A DNA stretch of 64,000 nt, taken from assembly GCA_963827685.1 (NCBI GenBank), contig CAWHBU010000003.1, positions 448,001-512,000 of the forward strand. The letters run 5' to 3'. The stretch comes from an uncultured delta proteobacterium (GTDB lineage Bacteria > Desulfobacterota > BSN033 > UBA1163). Below are positions 20,396 to 31,346 of this stretch, in pieces. A program made the translations under genes and the position numbers. The notes under the pieces were generated by a model. That model was not told the origin of the DNA, did no database searches, and saw only the letters and a list, made by a program, of their open reading frames with translations. Each line of letters starts with the position of its first letter. The first letter of the stretch is position 1.

Positions 20396-21469
20396 ATGGA
20401 ACGAAAGTTTGAGATACTCATTGTGGATGATGATGTAGGACTGTCCTTGAATCTACGGGATATACTGGAGGAGCAAGGGTACAGTGTTGCAGTGGCCCAC
20501 GATGGTCAAACTGCACTCACTCTCTCTCGTGAAAAGAAATTCGATCTTGCCATTATCGACATTAGGCTGCCCGATATGCTGGGGGATTTGGTAATCAATG
20601 AGTTATCCGGCGTATCCCCACGAACAGAATATATCCTTATGACTGGCTATGCTTCGCTTGAAAGTGCTGTCGAAGCGGTAAGATGGAAGAACATCATATC
20701 CTACGAAATCAAACCATTCGATATCGATCGTCTTAAATTGCTCATTGACCAGGTCGCACAGCGCAAGCGCGCAGAGGAGGATGTCTTAAGACAAAAAACA
20801 ATTGTGGAAGAGAGGACCGCAAAGCTCCAAGAAGCTTATCTGACTTTGAAGAAGACCCATCTGGAATCTGTGAAGGTTTTGGCCGAGGCGATCGATGCCA
20901 AAGACCCTTACACCCGAGGCCATTCCGATCGAGTCAAAAAGATGAGCTTGAGACTCGCTCTTTCATTAGGGCTCACAGAAGATAAGCTGGAGATTCTTGA
21001 ATATGGAGCGCTCCTCCATGACATCGGGAAGATCGGCATCAACGACGGGATACTCCAGAAACCAGGACCCCTCACTCCAGAAGAGTTTCAGTTAATTCAG
21101 GAGCACCCATTGATTGGTGTAAAGATTGTGGAGGGAATCGAATTTTTTGAAGAAATGATTCCGATGATTCGTAACCATCACGAACGTTTTGACGGCAACG
21201 GGTATCCAGATGGGTTGATGGGAGAAGCCATACCCCTGGGGGCAAGGATTATTGCTATATCGGATGCCTTCGATGCTATGACAAGCCTGAGGCCTCATCG
21301 GCCACTCATGCCTCTTGAGGATGTTCTGGTGGAAATGGAGAGGGGTAAGGGGAGACAATTCGATCCAAAGATTTTGGAAATTTTCTTGCGAGAAGAGATT
21401 TACAGATCGAGGGGGAAAATAGTGCAACCGCTGAGCTATAAGCGGTCTGTTGAGAGTGCAAGTTATTAA
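20396..21469 (+). CDS. Response regulator with HD-GYP phosphodiesterase domain
   Basis: Receiver domain plus YTRGHS, LLHDIGKIG, HHERFDGNGYP. Confidence 0.92.
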   Translation: MERKFEILIVDDDVGLSLNLRDILEEQGYSVAVAHDGQTALTLSREKKFDLAIIDIRLPDMLGDLVINELSGVSPRTEYILMTGYASLESAVEAVRWKNIISYEIKPFDIDRLKLLIDQVAQRKRAEEDVLRQKTIVEERTAKLQEAYLTLKKTHLESVKVLAEAIDAKDPYTRGHSDRVKKMSLRLALSLGLTEDKLEILEYGALLHDIGKIGINDGILQKPGPLTPEEFQLIQEHPLIGVKIVEGIEFFEEMIPMIRNHHERFDGNGYPDGLMGEAIPLGARIIAISDAFDAMTSLRPHRPLMPLEDVLVEMERGKGRQFDPKILEIFLREEIYRSRGKIVQPLSYKRSVESASY

Positions 21470-21929
21470 TCAGTCCCACTGCAGTCCAAGAACGGCTGAA
21501 TTGGGTATAACGGCAGCTGATTTCATTCGACATTTTGGTTAGTTGTAAAAGTCAGAATTTAACCTTGCAGACAGTGTCAAACTTGGTGACTTCTTCCTGA
21601 AGTCGTTAGTCTTAAGTTTCCTCCCACCATACCACATTTCAACTGGAAATCAGTAAGTCGAGCCTGAGAAAAGGGAGAGCCCAATGGCAAATGGTTGTTT
21701 CAGTTATAAATGGCGTAATGCTTCCCTTTATCCTGATATTTATGTTATTATGAAAAAAATCTGATGGGGAATTATACAAACCTAAAAATATTTAACTGGA
21801 TAGCTTGGGCAACGACAATAATAATGAATATCCTGACAATAATGTCTCTGGTTTGGTTATTTTTCTAATTACTAATGCGTTCCATTTTGAATGAAAAAGG
21901 AAGAAGGACGACAGTAAAGGAGGAGAAAG

Positions 21930-22124
21930 ATGGGAAGTGTTGGAATGCCGGAGTTGATGGTCATCTTGGTTATTGCCTTGATCGTTTTCGGTGCAGGCAA
22001 GCTCCCTCAGATTGGTGAAAACCTGGGGAAAGCGATCCGAAACTTCAAAGGTGCAACCGAGAGAGAAAAGATCGATGTGCCCCCCAAAAAACCTGAGGAG
22101 ATTTCAGGAGAGGGTAAACAGTAG
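21930..22124 (+). CDS. tatA: Twin-arginine translocase TatA/E
   Basis: [36 protein letters not shown]. Confidence 0.9.
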   Translation: MGSVGMPELMVILVIALIVFGAGKLPQIGENLGKAIRNFKGATEREKIDVPPKKPEEISGEGKQ

Positions 22125-22185
22125 AAGGTTTCTTCTATCCTTTTGAAGAATTGTTTCTTTTGGAGTTTTCCAAAAAGGACGTTTT

Positions 22186-22596
22186 ATGCTTGCAGGGCCT
22201 GATTTGTTGGTTATCTTGGTTATTGCCTTGATCGTTTTTGGGCCTAAAAAACTCCCAGAATTAGCCAAGACTATTGGAAGGGCACTGGGAGAGTTTAAGA
22301 AAACGACTGAGGAGATAAAGGAAAGTATTGGAATTAAAGATTTAGAAGAGATGAGAAGCAACCTTACTGGGATTGATCTTTTTACCGATTTAGCTGAAAA
22401 GGTATCTGCTTCCATGACCAATAAAGAAGCGACAGGAGATGTATCTATTCCGGTAGAGGATTCCATCCCGGAGAGGAATTCCTCTCCCGTAGAGGCATCA
22501 ATCCCTATTGGAGATGGAAAAGGGTTAGAAAAAGGAAAGAATGCAAAATCGGAAGGGTCAAAAGGCGAGGTACCAAGAGAAGGCATCCCATCCTAA
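22186..22596 (+). CDS. tatB: TatA/TatB family subunit
   Basis: [33 protein letters not shown] followed by a long acidic tail. Confidence 0.75.
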   Translation: MLAGPDLLVILVIALIVFGPKKLPELAKTIGRALGEFKKTTEEIKESIGIKDLEEMRSNLTGIDLFTDLAEKVSASMTNKEATGDVSIPVEDSIPERNSSPVEASIPIGDGKGLEKGKNAKSEGSKGEVPREGIPS

Positions 22597-22598
22597 GG

Positions 22599-23345
22599 AT
22601 GAAATCTCAACTTATGAAATTACCACTCCAATTAAGATCGAAGTGGGTTTGGATCACTTGTCTTTTAGTAGGACTCATTATACTTCTCATTTATCTATAC
22701 AACTCGCAACTGTGGATTCAAGCCGTTAAACTTTGGAATCTCTTCCAGGATCGTCACCAATTAAAAGTAGTTCTCAGATCCTACGGGCCATATTCTCCTC
22801 TGGTTTTTATCCTTCTCCAAATTATACAAGTGGTTATTGCTCCCATTCCGGGAGAAGCCATTGAGTTTTTGGGAGGTTACATTTTTGGGGTTTGGGGTGG
22901 GATGGTTTATTCCATGATCGGGCTGATATTGGGTTCTTGGTTTGCCTTCAGTATAGCAAGGATCTTTGAAAAGCGGGCTGTCGAGAAGTTTGTTTCGCCA
23001 AAGCTGAGAAAAAAATTTGATTATTTAATTGGACATGAGGGGGTTATCCTCAGTTTTCTTCTTTTTTTGATCCCAGGCTTTCCAAAGGATGCCTTGTGCT
23101 ACATCTTAGGTTTGACGCCGATGCATTGGGGAATTTTTCTCATCATCTCGACCATTGGGAGGATACCCGGAACATTGATGGCAACACTTCAGGGCGCAAA
23201 GGCCTTTGATCAACAATACGTAACCCTATTAATCCTGTTGGGGATATCTGCTCTGATCATTTTGGTCTTTTATATCTACCACGAGAACATTCATCAATGG
23301 ATTAAAAAAAGGAGTAAAGCAGGCATTCAGAAGAAAAGTGTATAG
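22599..23345 (+). CDS. TVP38/TMEM64 (DedA-like) membrane protein
   Basis: QVVIAPIPG, GGYIFG, FLIPGFPKD, GRIPG. Confidence 0.9.
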   Translation: MKSQLMKLPLQLRSKWVWITCLLVGLIILLIYLYNSQLWIQAVKLWNLFQDRHQLKVVLRSYGPYSPLVFILLQIIQVVIAPIPGEAIEFLGGYIFGVWGGMVYSMIGLILGSWFAFSIARIFEKRAVEKFVSPKLRKKFDYLIGHEGVILSFLLFLIPGFPKDALCYILGLTPMHWGIFLIISTIGRIPGTLMATLQGAKAFDQQYVTLLILLGISALIILVFYIYHENIHQWIKKRSKAGIQKKSV

Positions 23346-23368
23346 TAATTCCTTTTTCAAAGATCAAG

Positions 23369-23402
23369 GGCAGGGTCAGAAATGGCTCTGCCTTTTTTGT
23401 TT
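23369..23402 (+). terminator. Probable intrinsic terminator
   Basis: GGCAGGGTCA-GAAA-TGGCTCTGCC followed by a T-run. Confidence 0.6.
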
Positions 23403-23627
23403 CTTTCTTCCTGAACTCATCAAGCCATGAATCCATATCGCTATACCAGATTTCAACTGATAATCTCTAAAAGATAATTTCCACAAGACTGTTTTTCTCT
23501 AAGTTCTTATTGACACCCTAATTGATTATTTATTAAATTAAGAAGAGTTTTGGGAGACGCTGAAGGTGGTGACTTCAACTCGCGTAGGGAGGGGTAAGAT
23601 ATTAAGCAAACGAGGAGGTAAGGAAAT

Positions 23628-24065
23628 ATGAAACGCTCATGTAAGGTATTTATATTACTCCCAATCGTACCGTTATTGATTGCAGGTTGTGTAGGAGTCA
23701 CCCCTTATCAGGAAGCGGACAGCAAGGGATACGGGGTCAAAACCTATAAGATGAGCGATAACAGATATAAAGTGATTGTTAAGGCGAGTCGGGTAACCGA
23801 CAAAGGCACCGCGGAAGGTTACTTTTGGAGACGTGCACAAGACCTCTGTGATTGCCCGGGCGCAGCACATGGCGACTTACCCTACTTCGACCATATTGAG
23901 GGCTGCCTAAGGGTAAGCCACACAATAAGGAGCGAAGGCCACGCAGGGAAGGTAACTACTAAGCGAAGTGGTGGTGCTCTCTCAAGCGTTGAAACGACAA
24001 CGGTATACGAAGCGGAAGACACCGAGGTGTCCGGAGAAGTGGAATGTCTGAAAGAGAGTAAGTAG
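23628..24065 (+). CDS. Hypothetical lipoprotein
   Basis: Lipobox LIAGC after a hydrophobic signal; GGAGG RBS. Confidence 0.65.
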   Translation: MKRSCKVFILLPIVPLLIAGCVGVTPYQEADSKGYGVKTYKMSDNRYKVIVKASRVTDKGTAEGYFWRRAQDLCDCPGAAHGDLPYFDHIEGCLRVSHTIRSEGHAGKVTTKRSGGALSSVETTTVYEAEDTEVSGEVECLKESK

Positions 24066-24264
24066 CCTTCCTATATATTGGTTCACGAAGGTCTTCTCAG
24101 AGGTGATACACCTTAGCCATTTATGCCACGGCCTCACGTACAATCCAAGGTGGACCGCACGTGCAACAAACCGCTCAATAGTCTCTGTAGCCACTCCAAG
24201 TCCTTCTGAACTAAAGCGACTGATGATTTCAATCTGACCTTCCCCTGAAAAAGTGGACATATAG

Positions 24265-25122
24265 TTAAGTTTCATTAAGGAGCTTTTCATACTGCTCTGG
24301 GCTCCTGTACCCTAATGCCGAATGACTCCTCTGACGATTATAAAACACTTCCACGTACTCAAAAATACTAAGCCTCGCCTCCAGCCTTGAACGGTACCGC
24401 TCACCATGGACCAACTCCGTCTTGAGCGTGCCAAAGAAAGACTCCACATAGGCATTATCATAACAATTGCCACTTCTGCTCATACTAGGAGTCATGCCGT
24501 ATTCTCTTAAAAGCTCCTGATAGGCATAGCTTGCATACTGCCTGCCTCGATCAGAATGGTGGATCAACCCTTCAGAGGGGCTTTGCCTGCCCACCGCGTC
24601 CCTGAGCGCAGCAGAAGCTAGCTCCTGAGAGAGCTTATCGCTCATGGACAGCCCAATGATCTTTCTGCTTTTCACATTCATCACTGCTGCCACATAGAGC
24701 CATCCCTCAGAAGTGGGCACAAACGTAATATCAGATGCCCATACCCCCTCTGTCTGCCTCTGGTCAATCAGTAAGTTTGCAGCCAAGGCATAATGATGCC
24801 GTGAATCGGTAGTCCGCCTGAATCTCTTTTTCTTCACTTCTGCCCATATGGAGTGCTCTTTCATGATCCTGGCTACCCGGTTCTTCCCACATCTAAGACC
24901 CTGCTTATTGAGCTCCGCTGCGATCCGCGGACTCCCATAGAGCCTTCTGCTTTGAGTGTGGATCTCCCGTATGTGCCCCAGCAACTCCTCATCGTCTTTC
25001 TGACGTGTGCTCGGTTGACGCGTCTTCCACGCATAATAACCACTTCTGGATACCTTCAACACTTCACTCATACTCCTTATCTTGTAGGTCTCTCTGTGCT
25101 CTTCTATCAACCGATACTTCAT
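24265..25122 (-). CDS. IS3 transposase OrfB (DDE)
   Basis: WASDIT, HHSDRG.QY, GNCYDNA.VESFF. Confidence 0.95.
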   Translation of the reverse strand: MKYRLIEEHRETYKIRSMSEVLKVSRSGYYAWKTRQPSTRQKDDEELLGHIREIHTQSRRLYGSPRIAAELNKQGLRCGKNRVARIMKEHSIWAEVKKKRFRRTTDSRHHYALAANLLIDQRQTEGVWASDITFVPTSEGWLYVAAVMNVKSRKIIGLSMSDKLSQELASAALRDAVGRQSPSEGLIHHSDRGRQYASYAYQELLREYGMTPSMSRSGNCYDNAYVESFFGTLKTELVHGERYRSRLEARLSIFEYVEVFYNRQRSHSALGYRSPEQYEKLLNET

Positions 25123-25421
25123 CTGTTTCGTTTGGAGAATACGGCCAAGGCTTTTTTTAAAATGTCCCTCTCTTCCTTCACCTTTTCTAATTCCTTCCGG
25201 AGCCCCTTTATTTCCGCTTCCTCTGGCGTTACACGGCCCTTCCCTACGAAGGCTTTATCCCCTTTAGCTAAGAACCTCCTCCTCCATAGATGAAGAAGAT
25301 TGGGATGGATATCAAGCTCTCGGGCCACCTTGCCTACCGGCATCCCTTTCTCTGTGACCAACTGCACTGCATCTCGTTTGAACTCACGGCTGAAATGACG
25401 ATTCTTTTCCCCCATACGCAC
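25119..25421 (-). CDS. IS3 transposase OrfA (HTH)
   Basis: FSREFKRDAV...VARELDI...LKKA; ATGA overlap with orfB. Confidence 0.95.
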   Translation of the reverse strand: MRMGEKNRHFSREFKRDAVQLVTEKGMPVGKVARELDIHPNLLHLWRRRFLAKGDKAFVGKGRVTPEEAEIKGLRKELEKVKEERDILKKALAVFSKRNR

Positions 25422-25874
25422 CTCCTGTCCAATGATACAAATTCTCAGGTGTGTCCATCAACTCGGGGGAAGGTCAATCCATAATCATTCATCTCTCACC
25501 CTTGTCAAGAGTAAAGACTCGTAGGTGAAGTCCTCATCTCCTTTTCTGAAGATAACTTCCTGAAAGAGTGATTCTTGGACGTTCCTTTAAGTTAGAAGAT
25601 TTCAGTCTTGAATCAATAAAGAGCGGGAAACGTTTTTCACATTTTTTAGGGAAGTAATTCAAGACTTTTGTGTAAATCTCTTCCCTTTTGACTTTCATTA
25701 AAATATTGAAGTTTGCAAAAGATAGAGTGGTTATGGAAGCTTATGATAATAGCCGAGACACGGCATCCAAAATGCAACTAAAAAACTTGTTACGGGATTG
25801 ATACGAAGGAACTGGGTCTACCTGCTAAAGCGATCACCAGGAGGAAAATATAGTCAACTAAGAAAGAAGCATCC

Positions 25875-26240
25875 ATGAGCATAAAACCCAGAGGACTAAT
25901 AGCTTTGGCTGTTATTTTCGTTCTCTCATGTTGGACTTGTTTTTTCTATTTCACCACAGGCTTTTTCGTGATTCAGCCCATTGGAGCCCTCCCTGAAGGT
26001 GCAACGGTATGGTATTGGCGCTACAACACTGGACTCCCCTTTATCTCCTCCGCAGATAGCTTGCTTCTCGATAAGCAGGAGGGCATTTCCCTATTAGGCC
26101 GAGGATTCGTTCTCGCTACTCTCGTAGAGCCGATAACCGAGGTAAAGATCGCCTCCCTCCCGTATAGCAAAACGCTCTATCTTATTTCCACAGGAGGTCG
26201 GGAGTTTCACCTGAGTTTCCCCTCTGGTATCGAAACCTAA
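25875..26240 (+). CDS. Hypothetical membrane-anchored protein
   Basis: N-terminal TM segment; FVIQPIGALPEG.T...R...LPFISSAD. Confidence 0.6.
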   Translation: MSIKPRGLIALAVIFVLSCWTCFFYFTTGFFVIQPIGALPEGATVWYWRYNTGLPFISSADSLLLDKQEGISLLGRGFVLATLVEPITEVKIASLPYSKTLYLISTGGREFHLSFPSGIET

Positions 26241-26478
26241 ATGATTTAACTCCGCAGTCCGGCATGCCCTCCACGACGTATTTTACCTTTGAATTACAGA
26301 ATGACGGAACGCTGAAAGGAACCTTTGATACACGGGGCAGTTTGGGTATCTCAAGGAAGGCAACAATGAGGAGAGTTGATTGATATGAACGCCTTTGCCC
26401 CAATCTGATTAGCATGCACGCTTTCTACTTGTAATTGTTACCTTGTGATGTGCCAGAATCCTCAACCTTTGTAGTCAA

Positions 26479-27672
26479 CTATACTTCGACCACCTCCTTC
26501 TGAAAGTAAGATTTAGTTGTTAGCATGGCAAAAAGGACCCTCAGCAATTTATGAGCCGTGGCAAGAATTGCTTTTTTAGGCGGTAATCCTTCTGCCTTCC
26601 TTTTAAGAAAATATTGCCTGAAAATATTATTGCTCCTTACCACACAAGTGGTCATAAGGAAAATCACTCGTCTTAGGTGACGATTTCCTCTCTTGGATAT
26701 TCTGCTGATTCCCTCATATTGACCTGACTGGTGAACGGAGGGATCAAGCCCTGCAAAAGCAATCACATGCTTGTGGGATTTGAAATGGTTCATCTCTCCC
26801 AACTCCGCTAAAAAAGTAGAACCGTTAATCTGCTTGATCCCATCGATGGAGGTGATAATCTCGAGATCCTCCACTCTCATCGACTGGCAGGTCTTCACCA
26901 ATACCCCTGTGATCTTTTTCCTCTTCTCTTCGAGATAAAGAAGGGTGGAAATCTTCTCTGAGAGGATTAGTTCCTTGGCTGCACTGTCAGTGGCCACAGA
27001 GGCCTTGGCCATTTGAATAATCTCTTCGGCACTGATCAATACTCGTTTCCTTTTCCCTTCGACATGGATCAGGGCCTTGGCAATCTCTTTGGGCTTTGCC
27101 GCTGTTAGGGTCCTGGCCGAAGGAAACTTGATCAGAACGTGGAGCATCGTCTCCGTAAAGATCTTACACCGATGCTCCAGCTCCGGAAAAGTCATCTTGA
27201 GGAGCCTCCGGATGTCATTCTTTAACCCCGAGATCATCACCGTCAGAGATTCTCGCTCTCTGGCCAGGTCCTTGAGATCCTGACTATTCTGTGAAAACGC
27301 GACCTTGGAAAGGGAATCTTTGTGAGCCAAAAGGAACTGAGCAATGGTAAGAGCATCCTTCTTATCCGTCTTGGTCTTCCTTAAAGATAACCTGGCAAAA
27401 TTGCTAATCAGCAGAGGGTTGATCACCACACAGGGAATCCCTTCCGAAGAAAGAAAGGAAAATAGATTGATGTGGTAACAACCCGTGGATTCCATCGCCA
27501 CGGTAACCTCTGAAAGATTCCCACAATGGGCCTTCACCCTGTCCAGAAACCGAGAAAATCCCTCTCCATCCATTGAAAACTCAAGATAAAAGAGTTTCTT
27601 CCCTTCACGATCTAACCCTTGAGCTGAAGCATAATCCTTAGAAACGTCAATCCCAACGAAAAGTGTCGACAC
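26479..27672 (-). CDS. IS110-family transposase/recombinase
   Basis: VGIDVSK, MESTG.Y, KTDKKDA (DEDD RuvC-like), FAGLDP.VHQSG, ISKRGNRHLR. Confidence 0.95.
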   Translation of the reverse strand: MSTLFVGIDVSKDYASAQGLDREGKKLFYLEFSMDGEGFSRFLDRVKAHCGNLSEVTVAMESTGCYHINLFSFLSSEGIPCVVINPLLISNFARLSLRKTKTDKKDALTIAQFLLAHKDSLSKVAFSQNSQDLKDLARERESLTVMISGLKNDIRRLLKMTFPELEHRCKIFTETMLHVLIKFPSARTLTAAKPKEIAKALIHVEGKRKRVLISAEEIIQMAKASVATDSAAKELILSEKISTLLYLEEKRKKITGVLVKTCQSMRVEDLEIITSIDGIKQINGSTFLAELGEMNHFKSHKHVIAFAGLDPSVHQSGQYEGISRISKRGNRHLRRVIFLMTTCVVRSNNIFRQYFLKRKAEGLPPKKAILATAHKLLRVLFAMLTTKSYFQKEVVEV

Positions 27673-28157
27673 TGTTACACCTCCTTTTTAAATTGTTAGA
27701 GAATAGGCAGGATGAGCCTCCCCACCAAACCTCCATCATAACAAGGGTTCTTTAGACCCAACCAACCTATCAGGGTTTGGGGAGGCAGGGGACACACTAC
27801 AAAAAGGATTCAATGACCCAGGTGAAAATCAAGTCCTCCTGCCCCTTCCTCTTGAATGGCTTTACCCATTCATTATGTCATGCCCTTATAACATACTTGA
27901 TGAGTAGGAGGTGTATTCCTCCCAAAAAAGAAAATCCATATTCAATTGTCAAAGAGCAAGACAGGTAAAAATAACTCTGCCTTTTTTTGTTTCTTTCTTC
28001 CTGAAATCCGGAACTCTTAACTTTACCTGATAATGCAACCTTTCAATCAGTAATCGACGACCTGGAGAGTAGAAGCAATAGCTGAAGGACAGGGCGATTT
28101 CATGCCCTGCTTTTATGGTTTGTTAGCCTATAAAGAACTGAAGAGTGGATGGGCAGT

Positions 28158-30269
28158 CTATTTAATCTTTTGATACAAGGCATTTGCCAAACCAGGATTC
28201 ATCGTTTTGAGGATTTCATATTCTTTCAGGGCAAAGCCATGATTACCAATCATAAGATATGCATTTCCAAGGTTGTAATGTGCCTCCGCATAGTCTGGCT
28301 TGATTCTTAGGGCCTCGGCGAAATGGGCAACGGCCTCCTGGGTCTTTCCTTGCCCAGCAAGAGCAATTCCAAGGTTGTAGTGGGCCACCGCAAAGTCTGG
28401 CTTGATTCTCAGGGCCTCGGCATAATGGGCAACGGCCTCCTGGGTCTTTCCTTGCCCGGCAAGAGCAACTCCCAGGTTGTTGTGTGCATCCGCATAGTCT
28501 GGCTTGATTCTCAGGGCCTCGGCATAATGGGCAATGGCCTCCTGGGTCTTTCCCTGCCCGGCAAGAGCAATTCCAAGGTTGTAGTGGGCCCGCGCATAGT
28601 CTGGCTTGATTCTTAGGGCCTCGGCGAAGTGGGCAATGGCCTCCTGGGTCTTTCCCTGCCCAGCAAGAGCAATTCCAAGGTTGTTGTGTGCATCCGCATA
28701 GTCTGGCTTGATTCTCAGGGCCTCGGCATAATGGGCAATGGCCTCCTGGGTCTTTCCCTGCCCGGCAAGAACAAGTCCAAGGTTGTTGTGTGCCTCCTCA
28801 TAGTCTGGCTTGATTCTCAGGGCCTCGGCATAATGGGCAATGGCCTCCTGGGTCTTTCCCTGCCCGGCAAGAATACCTCCAAGGTTGTTGTGTATTATAA
28901 AGTTGTTAGAAGTCGCAGCAAGGGTATGTTCAAAGAGCGTAATGTCATTTTGCCAATGCTTTAATTGCAAATTTGTAACGATCATCAAAAGTGAAAGCAG
29001 TAGGCCAGTTGATACGGAAAGGACCACTTTACGGAAACGCCACCCCGCCAATATATCCGGAACACCCCAGGCCATCATGATGAACAGACCGATCAGCGGT
29101 ACATACGTAAACCGGTCAGCCAAGGCCTGTGGTCCAGCCTGCACTATTCCAATTACAGGAATAAGAGTTCCAAGGTACCAGAACCACCCTACTACAAGAT
29201 AGGGAAGTTTACGGGCGGCACGAATCACCAGAAGAGATATACAGACTAACAACAAACCGGACCCCAATACCTTCCATATGGGCAGCATCTCTTGGTATGG
29301 ATATAAGACTGTCAGGTGTCGGGGCCAGACCATCTTCTCAATGTAACGAACATAGGATACTAGAGCGTTAGCAATCCGGCTCCCCAATGCGTAACTCTCC
29401 AAAGATACTAGGGCTCCCGCTTTCTGCGTTGCGAAGATGGTCAAAATGCTGGATATCGCGCAAAGGACAAAAAACGGAGCCTTCTCACGAATTAGACGAA
29501 GAACAATAGACTTTTGATCACCTGTATCCGATGATTTGGAAGTGTGTGATTTACGATCACCGCTCAATCGCCCAAAGTGAAAACGGCCAAGGGGCCAATA
29601 GTCAAGCAAAAGAAGTACAAATGGCAGGGTTACGAGCATCGGCTTCGACAAAAGGCCCAGGGTAAAGAATAAGAGCGCCAGCAGATATCTATTGAGCCTC
29701 GGCCGCTCGATATAACGGATATATGTCCACATCGTCAGCATCCAAAAAAAAGTGCTCAGAACATCTTTGCGCTCTGCCGCCCATGCCACCGATTCCACGT
29801 GGAGGGGATGCAATGCAAACAAGGCTGCAACAAAGGCGCTCCTCCAGAGTGCCCCTGTCATCCGTTCAAGAACTAAGAACAGCAAGAGAGCACTGGCAAT
29901 GTGAAAAACCAAGTTGGTCAAATGATGCCCGCTCGGGTTCAAACCATAGAGTTGGCAGTCAAGCATGTGGGATAACCATGTCAATGGAATCCAATGGCCT
30001 GCATGTATGGTCGTGAAAGCCCAGGCCACACCCTCGAGAGTCAATCCGGACTGTACGTGTCGGTTTTCCGTTATGTATGCATTGTCATCTAAGCTTATAA
30101 ATGGACAGGTTCTTACCTGCTCAAAGGTAGCAAAGGTTAGTATCATGAGAAACAGACCGAGCAAGAGTACCAAACCATGTTGATGGAACGACCATCCTTT
30201 TGTACGGAGTGGTTTGCCTTGACTCGGTTTTTCAGTGATGATTTTTTTCTTGACCTTACGCTTTGACAT
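28158..30269 (-). CDS. TMTC-like polytopic membrane protein (GT-C-like) with C-terminal TPR array
   Basis: DD.YI..N, W.PLT.LS, LHPLHVESVAW..ERKD, ADRF.Y; near-identical 34-aa TPRs. Confidence 0.88.
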   Translation of the reverse strand: MSKRKVKKKIITEKPSQGKPLRTKGWSFHQHGLVLLLGLFLMILTFATFEQVRTCPFISLDDNAYITENRHVQSGLTLEGVAWAFTTIHAGHWIPLTWLSHMLDCQLYGLNPSGHHLTNLVFHIASALLLFLVLERMTGALWRSAFVAALFALHPLHVESVAWAAERKDVLSTFFWMLTMWTYIRYIERPRLNRYLLALLFFTLGLLSKPMLVTLPFVLLLLDYWPLGRFHFGRLSGDRKSHTSKSSDTGDQKSIVLRLIREKAPFFVLCAISSILTIFATQKAGALVSLESYALGSRIANALVSYVRYIEKMVWPRHLTVLYPYQEMLPIWKVLGSGLLLVCISLLVIRAARKLPYLVVGWFWYLGTLIPVIGIVQAGPQALADRFTYVPLIGLFIMMAWGVPDILAGWRFRKVVLSVSTGLLLSLLMIVTNLQLKHWQNDITLFEHTLAATSNNFIIHNNLGGILAGQGKTQEAIAHYAEALRIKPDYEEAHNNLGLVLAGQGKTQEAIAHYAEALRIKPDYADAHNNLGIALAGQGKTQEAIAHFAEALRIKPDYARAHYNLGIALAGQGKTQEAIAHYAEALRIKPDYADAHNNLGVALAGQGKTQEAVAHYAEALRIKPDFAVAHYNLGIALAGQGKTQEAVAHFAEALRIKPDYAEAHYNLGNAYLMIGNHGFALKEYEILKTMNPGLANALYQKIK
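28270..28890 (-). repeat. About six near-identical 102-bp tandem repeats encoding TPRs
   Basis: The unit GCCTCCTGGGTCTTTCC..GCCC.GCAAGA recurs every 102 bp. Confidence 0.9.
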
Positions 30270-30488
30270 TTTACCAGAGAATTCCCTGTATGCCTTCGCC
30301 TGTGTCTATTTCCCCATTTTTTGCCAGGTAACAGAAGACTTTAAGTTATCTGAAGTTTATTAGATCGAACCAGAGGAGTCAATAGGATCTACAAGTGGTG
30401 AGTGGAAAGAGAAAATTGAGAGACCAGGTATAACACGGAGTCATTGATGATTTCTATCTGACCTTCCCCTGAAAAAGTGGACACATGA

Positions 30489-31346
30489 TTAAGTTTCATT
30501 AAGGAGCTTTTCATACTGCTCTGGGCTCCTGTACCCTAATGCCGAATGACTCCTCTGACGATTATAAAACACTTCCACGTACTCAAAAATACTAAGCCTC
30601 GCCTCCAGCCTTGAACGGTACCGCTCACCATGGACCAACTCCGTCTTGAGCGTGCCAAAGAAAGACTCCACATAGGCATTATCATAACAATTGCCACTTC
30701 TGCTCATACTAGGAGTCATGCCGTATTCTCTTAAAAGCTCCTGATAGGCATAGCTTGCATACTGCCTGCCTCGATCAGAATGGTGGATCAACCCTTCAGA
30801 GGGGCTTTGCCTGCCCACCGCGTCCCTGAGCGCAGCAGAAGCTAGCTCCTGAGAGAGCTTATCGCTCATGGACAGCCCAATGATCTTTCTGCTTTTCACA
30901 TTCATCACTGCTGCCACATAGAGCCATCCCTCAGAAGTGGGCACAAACGTAATATCAGATGCCCATACCCCCTCTGTCTGCCTCTGGTCAATCAGTAAGT
31001 TTGCAGCCAAGGCATAATGATGCCGTGAATCGGTAGTCCGCCTGAATCTCTTTTTCTTCACTTCTGCCCATATGGAGTGCTCTTTCATGATCCTGGCTAC
31101 CCGGTTCTTCCCACATCTAAGACCCTGCTTATTGAGCTCCGCTGCGATCCGCGGACTCCCATAGAGCCTTCTGCTTTGAGTGTGGATCTCCCGTATGTGC
31201 CCCAGCAACTCCTCATCGTCTTTCTGACGTGTGCTCGGTTGACGCGTCTTCCACGCATAATAACCACTTCTGGATACCTTCAACACTTCACTCATACTCC
31301 TTATCTTGTAGGTCTCTCTGTGCTCTTCTATCAACCGATACTTCAT
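30489..31346 (-). CDS. IS3 transposase OrfB
   Basis: Identical to 24265..25122. Confidence 0.95.
   Translation of the reverse strand: MKYRLIEEHRETYKIRSMSEVLKVSRSGYYAWKTRQPSTRQKDDEELLGHIREIHTQSRRLYGSPRIAAELNKQGLRCGKNRVARIMKEHSIWAEVKKKRFRRTTDSRHHYALAANLLIDQRQTEGVWASDITFVPTSEGWLYVAAVMNVKSRKIIGLSMSDKLSQELASAALRDAVGRQSPSEGLIHHSDRGRQYASYAYQELLREYGMTPSMSRSGNCYDNAYVESFFGTLKTELVHGERYRSRLEARLSIFEYVEVFYNRQRSHSALGYRSPEQYEKLLNET

Larger units (their letters stand above)
24235..25476 (-). mobile_element. IS3-family insertion sequence, copy 1
   Basis: TIRs TGACCTTCCCC.../...GGGGAAGGTCA, 3-bp target duplication ATC, orfA and orfB. Confidence 0.95.

Noticed and set aside
28323-28964. Repetitive plus-strand ORFs (MGNGLLGLSLP...)
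   Set aside because: Antisense reading of the TPR tandem repeats.
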